Shown one piece after another: positions 19,015-26,429 of a stretch of 64,000 bases of DNA. The translations under genes were made by a program, and so were the position numbers. The DNA lies in contig MQUF01000014.1 of NCBI GenBank assembly GCA_001914235.1, forward strand, positions 2,005 through 66,004, given 5' to 3'. Within the stretch, counting starts at the first letter, position 1. Every line of letters starts with the position of its first letter. The notes under the pieces are model-generated. The model worked only from the letters and a program-made list of their open reading frames with translations. It did not search any database and was not told the origin of the DNA. Source of the stretch: Desulfobulbaceae bacterium DB1. GTDB lineage: Bacteria > Desulfobacterota > Desulfobulbia > Desulfobulbales > SURF-16.

Positions 19015-19310
19015 GCCGCCAAAGCCTCATTCAACTCTCCAATCATCGCATTCAACTCCTCACCAAAAAGCTGATACACCTTACCCAATCCACCTTCCTG
19101 GGCAAAAGGCGCATATCCGAAATCGGTCGCTCCAGGCGTCCATGCCTCCCGCGACACGAATACGTCCTGGATGTCGTCCGTCTCAATACCGAGATTGGCG
19201 GTAATATGCTCGCGGATCATATCGGAGACCCATGGAAAACACATACGAAAATCCATATGATGTTTTTGGACAGAGAAAACATCATATGGGATATTTTGTT
19301 TCATCTTCAT
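19011..19310 (-). pseudogene. hsdR 3'-terminal remnant (tail copy 3); frame intact, 99-aa ORF
   Basis: The C-terminal 71 aa (MIREHITANLGIETDD...GGLGKVYQLFGEELNAMIGELNEALAA) parallel the end of HsdR. The first 28 codons are unrelated. Stop overlaps the hsdS start. Confidence 0.7.
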
Positions 19311-19398
19311 GCTATCTCTTCATCATATGCAAAAAACAACTCACTTTGCGGGCAAATCAAAGAGGGATTTTTCGTCTAATCCGTGATATATTTAAACC

Positions 19399-19587
19399 AT
19401 GCAAACGAAAAGCTTGAAAGAAACCAATCCTTATCTGAAAGCCCCGGTAACCCGGGAAAAAGGTTTGTGGTCCAGCGTGTCGTCATCATCGGCGATCGAA
19501 GGCGTCCATGTCACCAGAGAGAAGGTCACCGGCACGACGGTTACTTCTCCTCGTAAGCCTGAAGAGTCCGGTCAATCACCGCGCTGA
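19399..19587 (+). CDS. candidate FicA/VbhA/YhfG-like antitoxin (small ORF with SxxxEG inhibitory-helix motif)
   Basis: 62-aa ORF containing SSSSAIEGV, which matches the [S/T]xxxE[G/N] motif. Compare E. coli YhfG ASRRLEGV, recalled from memory. Convergent with fic and overlaps its 3' end by 47 nt. No clear RBS. Confidence 0.45.
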   Translation: MQTKSLKETNPYLKAPVTREKGLWSSVSSSSAIEGVHVTREKVTGTTVTSPRKPEESGQSPR

Positions 19588-20194
19588 AAAATTCTCCCAT
19601 GGGTTGATAATCCCTATCCATTCCCTTGCGTACAGCCGCAAAATACTCCTCTTTTCTTTCCCCCTCGAACTCACTGAAATCCAAGGGCGGCAATCCCGCC
19701 TGCAGGGCCATAAGCATTGCCAGAAGCCGGGACAGTCTGCCGTTTCCTTCGCGGAACGGGTGGATCAATAATAATTCGGTGTGCACAATTGCCAGGGCCT
19801 GGATCTGCTCCTCTCGATCTGCAAAGGTGCAGGGCGTAAATCGGCGCAACTCATTTTTCTCGAAATCCGCCATCAGTTGCGGGATGACTCTGGGCAAGGC
19901 AAAAGTAAACCCGCCTTTGCTGATGGTTACCTGCCGATATTTCCCAGCCCACTCATAGACCGGACCAAGCCAGTTGCGATGCATATTGCAGATGTCGCCA
20001 GCGGTGAATTGATGATCCTGATCGAAGATCTCGGTCATTTGTTCCGTGACCCGGTAGAGTTCTCTTGTTTCTAACTCTTCAATCTCCTGCTTGTCTTTTA
20101 TATGGAGAAGATTTTTGAGAACAAGTCCCCCGGATCCTGCCTCATATTGATCCTCAATGAAGCCGTCGGTTTTATATCGTCCGGACTTTTTCAT
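19541..20194 (-). CDS. fic: Fic-domain protein (AMPylase-type toxin, class I: no internal inhibitory motif)
   Basis: Canonical Fic motif HPFREGNGRLSRLL. About 217 aa from ATG 20194, 1 nt after the upstream stop. I find no [S/T]xxxE[G/N] within the protein. Confidence 0.88.
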   Translation of the reverse strand: MKKSGRYKTDGFIEDQYEAGSGGLVLKNLLHIKDKQEIEELETRELYRVTEQMTEIFDQDHQFTAGDICNMHRNWLGPVYEWAGKYRQVTISKGGFTFALPRVIPQLMADFEKNELRRFTPCTFADREEQIQALAIVHTELLLIHPFREGNGRLSRLLAMLMALQAGLPPLDFSEFEGERKEEYFAAVRKGMDRDYQPMGEFFSAVIDRTLQAYEEK

Positions 20195-20195
20195 G

Positions 20196-20675
20196 CTAGG
20201 CCGCCAAGGCCTCATTTAACTCTTCAATAATTACATCCGAATCCTCGCCAAAGAATTGATGCTCCCGGCTCAAACCACCTTCCGGGGTGGAAGGTGCATA
20301 ATCAAAATCGGTCGATCCCATCATCCCTGTCAACCGTGACACGAATACGTTCTGGATGTCGTCCGTCTCAATATCGATTGAATTGACCCGGTAGCCGACG
20401 GAGATTATGGCATCCAGATTATAATGGGTTAACGTTCGCCGAACCTGCCTTTTTCCCTCTTTTTGAACTGCCGAGAAATCCTCGGTAGTTGCTTTTTTCT
20501 CAAGTTCCTCATCCGCAAAAATATTTTTCAGATGGAGGCTGATATTGTCCGAGGAGGTGTCAAAGAGTTCTGCCATCTGCCTCTGGGTAAGCCAGACGGT
20601 GTCGCGGTCGAGCCGCACCTCAACGGTTCTCTCTTCTGCCTCATAGATAATTATTTCAACATGCTCATTTTGCAT
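20196..20675 (-). pseudogene. chimeric ORF: RhuM-family N-terminal ~100 aa fused in frame to hsdR tail copy 2
   Basis: N-terminus VEVRLDRDTVWLTQRQMAELFDTSSDNISLHLKNIF...HYNLDAIISVGYRVNS matches the RhuM N-terminal region (full-length RhuM is ~330 aa). C-terminus IETDDIQNVFVSR...DFDYAP...VIIEELNEALAA matches the HsdR tail. ATG at 20675 lies 1 nt after the hsdR stop. Confidence 0.7.
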
Positions 20676-20676
20676 A

Positions 20677-23475
20677 TCAAGCCGCCAAAGCCTCATTCAA
20701 TTCTTCAATTATCACATTCAACTCCTCGCCAAAAAGTTGGTGTACCTTTCCCAGCCCGCCTTGCTGGGCAAATGGCGCATAGTCGAAATCGTCGGTTTCA
20801 ATGCCGAGATTGGCGGCGATATGGTCGCGGATCATGATCAGCCAGTTACGCTGTTCGTCGGTAAATTTCCTGCCGCTTGCCTCCTGCTGGGCGAGCCAGG
20901 CCTTGAAGTTGGCCTCAACCTTTTCCGGAAACGGTACCAGCTCATTCTCCTGATGCATGGCAAAGCGGACCAGGGAAACAAGATCAGTCAAAATATGCGG
21001 GGCATTGGCCCCCTTGACCCTGGCCTTTTCCAGAGCCGCATAAGCATCCCAGAGATTATCAACCCGGAAATGGTGCGGCGGCTTTTCGATCCGAGCGGCC
21101 AGCTCCTTGATATCCGCAAAACGCAAGCGGCTCTTGTAGGGCCTGCTGTAGAGAACCTGCAGGGCGGTGATCTCGTCGCGGTTGTCGGCCAGAAACTGCT
21201 CGAAGGATTGGACCATGGACTTGACCTTTTCCAGGGCCTCGACGGAAAACGCGGCGGAGATCACCTGATCTTCACTGATGTTATCAATGATCTGCTCGTT
21301 CTTTCGCTTGACCTCGACCAGGAAGTTGCGGAGCGCCGGATTATGCAGCGGCCTGGTGGCCTCGACAATCAGTTTGACCCCGGCCTGTTTGATCTGCTCT
21401 TCGCTGGGCTCGGTGCCGCCGTTATCCTGCCTGGCCCTGTCAATCTGATTGTCGGGCTTGATGGCGGTGACCAGACCCGCGGTCAACTGTTCGATGGTCT
21501 TACCATTGGAAAGAAGGGTCACCTGGCGGTCATCCGCAGGGGTTATCTGGCGGCCGATGCGGGCCATGCGGGCGGCAAGGGACGAGATCACATCCGGCTC
21601 GGTATTGCCAAGCGCGATCGCCTGCAGGAGTTTTTCGAAACTGACCGTGGGCTTTCTCTCCATGGGCCGGGAATCGGTCTTGTCCATCTCGCAGACGCCG
21701 ACGCAATCGACAATGATGAAATGGTCCTTGACCCTGGCATCCGGGGTGACCGATTGTAAGTCGCTCTGGTTGATGATCCGGACGCCGCGGCCCTTCATCT
21801 GCTCGAAGAAGGAGCGGGAGCGGACGGCCCGCATGAACATGACGATTTCCAGCGGCTTGATGTCGGTGCCGGTGGCGATCATGTCAACGGTAACGGCGAT
21901 GCGGGGATTGAAGCTGTTGCGGAAGGAGGCGATCAGCTGTTCCGGCGTGCCGCCGGAGGTTCTGTAGGTGATCTTCTGGGCGAAATCGTTGCCCTTGCCA
22001 AACTCCTCGCGGATGATCTTGACGATATCCTCGGCGTGGCTGTCGTCTTTCGCGAAGATCAGGGTCTTGGGCACATATTCGCGGCCCGGAAAGATCTCGG
22101 TCAGCACCTTGTCGCGAAAGGTTTGGACAATGGTGCGGATTTGGTCGACGGCCACCACATCGCGGTCGAGCTTGTTGGGATCGTACTCGAAATCTTCATC
22201 GAGCTTTTCCCAGCGGGTGGTGCGGGTCTCGCGGTCGCGTTTGTCGATATAGTAGCCGGACTCAACCTTGGAGCCTGCTTCGGTGATCCTGGTCTTGATT
22301 CGGTAGACATCGTAATTGACGTTGACGCCATCGGCCACGGCCCGTTCGTGATCGTATTCCATCACCAGGTTGCGGTTGAAGAAGCCGAAGGTCTGCTTGG
22401 ACGGGGTAGCGGTGAGGCCGATGAGAAAAGCGTCGAAATACTCCAGCACCTGCCGCCAGAGGTTGTAGATGGAGCGATGGCATTCATCGGTGATGATGAA
22501 ATCAAAGGTTTCGATGGGGATATCGGGGTTGTATTCCAGGGGTGGGATTTCCTTGAACAGACTGTCCAGCCCGTGAGGCGATTGGTCCTCGGCCTCTTCG
22601 GGGAGCTCTTGGCCCCGGAGCATGGAGTAAAGCCGCTGGATGGTGCAAATGCAGACCTTTGCGGTGGTATCGATGGTGTTGGAGGTGAGGCGCTGGACGA
22701 TGAACTCCTCGCTGAACTTGTAATTGTTGTAGGGTGAGACGTATTGCTGGAACTCTTTTAAGGTCTGCTTGCCCAGGTTGCCGCGATCGACCAGAAAGAG
22801 GACGCGCTTGGCCCCGGCGAACTTGATGAGCCGGTAGATAATGGAAATGGCGGTGAAGGTCTTGCCGCTGCCGGTGGCCATCTGGATCAGCGACCGGGGG
22901 CAGTCGCGGGCCAGGGATTTTTCGAGATTTTTGACCGCCTGGATCTGGGCGGGCCAGAAACCGTCTTCGATGAGAGGCGGCATGGTGCGGAGGCGGCCCC
23001 GCAGGGTGGAATGCCGGCTGAGATATCCGGAAGTTGCTTCGGCGGTTTGGCTGGGGATTTTCTCTGCTTCCTCGAAAAGATACTCCGGCTTATGAAAGGC
23101 GAAGACCTGGCGGGAGCGGGGGGCGGGATCAAGGTTATTGGTAAATCTGGTCTCGTCGCCGGTGGATTCGTAACAAAAGGGCAGCGGTTTGGCCCAGGCA
23201 GGGAGGCCGTCGGGCAGGCCGTGGGCGTATTTGTCGGACTGGATCTCAACCCCGGTTAGCGTAGTGCCGGTCTTTTTGGCCTCGATGACGCCTGCGGCCT
23301 TGGCGTCCACATAGAGAAGATAATCGGCAAAGCCATGTCCGCTTTTCAGGGGAAATTCACGGATAGCCACGCCCTTGGCGGCAAAGATGTTGGTGTCCTT
23401 GACATCCTGAACCAGCCAACCGGCCTGGGTAAGCAGTTGATCTATTTTTTCGCGGGCGTGAATTTCGCAGGTCAT
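20677..23475 (-). CDS. hsdR: type I restriction-modification system, endonuclease/translocase subunit R
   Basis: 932 aa. N-terminal HsdR nuclease-like domain. Helicase motif I MATGSGKT, motif II ITDECHR, motif VI QMKGRGVR. C-terminal helical tail. Confidence 0.95.
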   Translation of the reverse strand: MTCEIHAREKIDQLLTQAGWLVQDVKDTNIFAAKGVAIREFPLKSGHGFADYLLYVDAKAAGVIEAKKTGTTLTGVEIQSDKYAHGLPDGLPAWAKPLPFCYESTGDETRFTNNLDPAPRSRQVFAFHKPEYLFEEAEKIPSQTAEATSGYLSRHSTLRGRLRTMPPLIEDGFWPAQIQAVKNLEKSLARDCPRSLIQMATGSGKTFTAISIIYRLIKFAGAKRVLFLVDRGNLGKQTLKEFQQYVSPYNNYKFSEEFIVQRLTSNTIDTTAKVCICTIQRLYSMLRGQELPEEAEDQSPHGLDSLFKEIPPLEYNPDIPIETFDFIITDECHRSIYNLWRQVLEYFDAFLIGLTATPSKQTFGFFNRNLVMEYDHERAVADGVNVNYDVYRIKTRITEAGSKVESGYYIDKRDRETRTTRWEKLDEDFEYDPNKLDRDVVAVDQIRTIVQTFRDKVLTEIFPGREYVPKTLIFAKDDSHAEDIVKIIREEFGKGNDFAQKITYRTSGGTPEQLIASFRNSFNPRIAVTVDMIATGTDIKPLEIVMFMRAVRSRSFFEQMKGRGVRIINQSDLQSVTPDARVKDHFIIVDCVGVCEMDKTDSRPMERKPTVSFEKLLQAIALGNTEPDVISSLAARMARIGRQITPADDRQVTLLSNGKTIEQLTAGLVTAIKPDNQIDRARQDNGGTEPSEEQIKQAGVKLIVEATRPLHNPALRNFLVEVKRKNEQIIDNISEDQVISAAFSVEALEKVKSMVQSFEQFLADNRDEITALQVLYSRPYKSRLRFADIKELAARIEKPPHHFRVDNLWDAYAALEKARVKGANAPHILTDLVSLVRFAMHQENELVPFPEKVEANFKAWLAQQEASGRKFTDEQRNWLIMIRDHIAANLGIETDDFDYAPFAQQGGLGKVHQLFGEELNVIIEELNEALAA

Positions 23476-23518
23476 GAGTTTTCATTTATCTCATATCATG
23501 GTTGCAGCAAGATATTTT

Positions 23519-23914
23519 TCATTTTTTATCTTTTGTTTTTCCCGCAAGCAAGCTCTGCAGATTGGCAAAGGGGTTGTGGGTGACGGATGATGGCCGCTCA
23601 CCCGGAATGGTCGGACCATCCTGCCACTCGGATTCCAGGAAGCGAGAATGCTCATTGTCGTGGCAATAGAGGCAGAGCAGCTCCCAGTTGCTGCCGTCCG
23701 GGGGGTTGTTGTCGTGGTTGTGGTCCTTGTGGTGGACGGTGAGATCCTTGAGCTTTTTGCCGGAAAATTCCCTGCCGCACTTGGCGCATACCCAGGGAAA
23801 AATTTTTAATGCCTGTTCCCGGTAGGTTTTCTGCCGGAGTTCCAGGTCGCGCAGGGCGTCGGTTATTGCCCGGCCCTTGGCGTTTGTTGCGGATAACGCC
23901 TGTTTGGTCGTCAT
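23519..23914 (-). CDS. yajD: HNH endonuclease, YajD family
   Basis: 131 aa. C..C...HHKDHNHDNNPPDGSNWELLCLYCHDNEH is a YajD-like HNH/zinc motif. Ends 43 nt upstream of hsdR on the same strand. Confidence 0.8.
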   Translation of the reverse strand: MTTKQALSATNAKGRAITDALRDLELRQKTYREQALKIFPWVCAKCGREFSGKKLKDLTVHHKDHNHDNNPPDGSNWELLCLYCHDNEHSRFLESEWQDGPTIPGERPSSVTHNPFANLQSLLAGKTKDKK

Positions 23915-24099
23915 GTGTCGATCTCCATTGAAACCAGCATGAAAGAAAGAGCCATAAATGTCAATATTGTTGACGTATTGGTCGCCACGGCCGGAAACGA
24001 AAAAAAGAGATTTCCTGTTTGAGCTCGATCTGATGAATGGTATGATTCACAGGGAAGCGATTTTTTGTCTGCCCGCACAATTCATCCTCCGGAGTCCAA

Positions 24100-25248
24100 T
24101 TGATGAAGCCGCTTATCGACACCCAGGAATTTCTTTCTCTTTCGTCTTTTCTAAATTACCAGCTCGCCGGCGAACCTGTCAACTGGCGGGGTATTCTTAA
24201 CCTGATGGGGGGGGAGGCCCTGGAGCAGGACGAGATGTCGGAGGGTTTCCTTCTGGAGGCGCTCGAGTATCTCGGCGACGCTTACGGGAAACAGAAACGC
24301 CGCCTTGGCCCTCTTGCCATTCTTCATCCGATCCGTGCTTCAACCCTACTGGCCAGGGCCTGTGACCAGCCCAGCACCCTCAATCTGCTCTGCGCCCTTT
24401 TTCATGACAAAGAGGAGGATCTCACCTCGGAAAAATACAGCCCGGAAATCTGGAGCCGCCTTGATGCCAAGTTTCATCATCTGCTGGAAAAAATAGATGC
24501 CGGGGCGAACTGGTTTCTCAACGAGCGGATCGCCTTTCTGGCCAAGCCGCAAGGGCAGAATTATACCGCATATCTGGGCCGGTTGCTGGAGAAGGCAAAA
24601 GAGTCTCCGGAACTGGCCATGGTGAAGCTGGCTGACAGGCTGGACAACACCCTTGATCTGCGGGTTGATCTGCAGGATTCCGCCGACCGCCCCCACTGTT
24701 TCCAGGTCATCTTTGATATTCTTTTTGTCAATTCCTACAAGGGGCGGCACCCCGGCAGGCCTCATCCGGCGACCGGCAGGATAAACGGCGCCATGCGGCT
24801 CTATCAGCTTTATAAAAACTCGGTTTTTCTTTCCATGCTGCGCAGTGAAAAGGTGCCTCTGTCTGACGGCGCGCGCAAGCTGTTCTACTCGCTGGCCGTT
24901 GCCGGCATTCGTGAGGCGCAGACCATTCTGCTGCATATTTTTTCCTATCACGTAAAGGAGCCGAGTGCGCAGCGGTCTATTCTGTTCGAGGCCATGGAGT
25001 ATTCCCACAGCGGAGGATTCGAGGCGATCAGGGAAGAAGGGCCCAATGAACTGGACGGCCTGTTTCGCAAATATTTTGTTTATGACGATTCGGAAAGCAA
25101 AAAAAGGTGCCAGGCTGATCTGTATGAAAACAAAAGGCTGATGGCGCTGGTCGCCGTATCTTTTCTCATTATCTTTGCTAATTTCATCAACAGTGACGAC
25201 TATGTGATTCAAGGCATCTCCGCCGCCGGCATCATCCCGCAGAAATGA
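24100..25248 (+). CDS. HD-domain protein, divergent RelA/SpoT-hydrolase-like
   Basis: 382 aa. HPIRASTLLA...LFHDKEEDL...VKLADRLDNTLDLR parallels SpoT HD-hydrolase blocks (HP...LLHD..ED...KLADRLHN). The long C-terminal extension has no recognised motif. Confidence 0.55.
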   Translation: MMKPLIDTQEFLSLSSFLNYQLAGEPVNWRGILNLMGGEALEQDEMSEGFLLEALEYLGDAYGKQKRRLGPLAILHPIRASTLLARACDQPSTLNLLCALFHDKEEDLTSEKYSPEIWSRLDAKFHHLLEKIDAGANWFLNERIAFLAKPQGQNYTAYLGRLLEKAKESPELAMVKLADRLDNTLDLRVDLQDSADRPHCFQVIFDILFVNSYKGRHPGRPHPATGRINGAMRLYQLYKNSVFLSMLRSEKVPLSDGARKLFYSLAVAGIREAQTILLHIFSYHVKEPSAQRSILFEAMEYSHSGGFEAIREEGPNELDGLFRKYFVYDDSESKKRCQADLYENKRLMALVAVSFLIIFANFINSDDYVIQGISAAGIIPQK

Positions 25249-25279
25249 GGGGCCGTTCTTCCGGCATGCCGGTGCGGAT

Positions 25280-26392
25280 TTATCCGGGGAGCTGGTAGCG
25301 GCGCATGCGGACACTGATCAGGATGCCGATGCCGGCCATGGTGGTCAACAGCGAGGAGCCTCCATAGCTGAAAAGGGGCAGGGGCATTCCCACCACCGGG
25401 AGCATGCCCATGACCATGGCGAGGTTGATGAAGGCCTGCCAGAAGATGAGCGAGACGACGCCGATGCAGAGCAGGGTGCCGAATTTATCCCGGGAGGAGA
25501 CGGCGCTGTTTAATCCCCAGAGAATCAGGAAAAAGTAGGCGGACAGGAAGATGACCGAGCCGACAAAGCCGAACTCTTCCGCCCAGATGGAAAAGGCGAA
25601 GTCGGTGTGGCGTTCGGGCAGAAAGTCGAGATGTCCCTGGGTGCCGGCGAGAAAGCCCTTGCCGAAGGTAAGCCCGCTGCCCACGGCGATTTTTGACTGA
25701 AGGATGTGATAGCCGCTGCTGAGCGGATCGGCTTCAGGGTTGAGAAACGTTTCAATGCGCTGTTTCTGGTAGGGCTTCAGGACGAATTTCCAGGCAAAGG
25801 GAATCAGGGAGGCGCACACTCCCAGCAGGATGCTCAAGGTCTGCCATTTCAGTTTGACAAAGAGGGTGAGGGAAACAAAAATGAAACCCAGCATCAGCGC
25901 CGTGCCGAGGTCCGGCTGCTTGAGAATCAGCAGAAAGGGGACAAGGGTCAGCGTAATGGGTGCGATCAGTTCTCGCAGGGTGAAGCCCTTGTCCGTATCC
26001 ATGCGCGAGTAATAACTTGCCAGGGTGATGACCAGCATGAGCTTGGCGGGTTCCGACGGCTGCAGGTTGAAGAAACCGAGATCTATCCAGCGCTGGGCGC
26101 CCATCTGGGTCTTGCCGAGAACCAAGGCATACAGTAGCACCAGGCAGGTGACGCCGTAAATGGTATAATTCCAGGACATGAGGTGGCGGTAGTCGATACT
26201 GATAATGGCCAGAATCAGCCCCATTCCCATGATGAAATAATAGAGCTGTTTCAAATAAACCGGGGTGCCCGTGGGTTTCCCCGGATAAACGGCGCTGTAA
26301 AGGTTCATCAGGCACATGCCGGCGATAAGCGTCAGCCAGAGCAGGATGACCCAGTCGAAATGCTGGAGAAGTCTGCGGTCAAAACGTAACAT
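25280..26392 (-). CDS. rodA: rod-shape peptidoglycan glycosyltransferase RodA (SEDS family)
   Basis: 370 aa polytopic membrane protein. FtsW/RodA/SpoVE blocks (PSEPAKL, LPERHTDFAFS, PLPLFSYGGSS). Downstream of mrdA. Confidence 0.9.
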   Translation of the reverse strand: MLRFDRRLLQHFDWVILLWLTLIAGMCLMNLYSAVYPGKPTGTPVYLKQLYYFIMGMGLILAIISIDYRHLMSWNYTIYGVTCLVLLYALVLGKTQMGAQRWIDLGFFNLQPSEPAKLMLVITLASYYSRMDTDKGFTLRELIAPITLTLVPFLLILKQPDLGTALMLGFIFVSLTLFVKLKWQTLSILLGVCASLIPFAWKFVLKPYQKQRIETFLNPEADPLSSGYHILQSKIAVGSGLTFGKGFLAGTQGHLDFLPERHTDFAFSIWAEEFGFVGSVIFLSAYFFLILWGLNSAVSSRDKFGTLLCIGVVSLIFWQAFINLAMVMGMLPVVGMPLPLFSYGGSSLLTTMAGIGILISVRMRRYQLPG

Positions 26393-26429
26393 GGTCTCTC
26401 GGTCTCTCTCCTTGCGGGAAGGATGACGG

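Noticed and set aside
25249-25279. ccggcatgccgg palindrome between the convergent HD gene and rodA, considered as a bidirectional terminator
   Set aside because: The stem is only 4-5 bp with a minimal loop and no flanking T/A runs. That is too weak to call.
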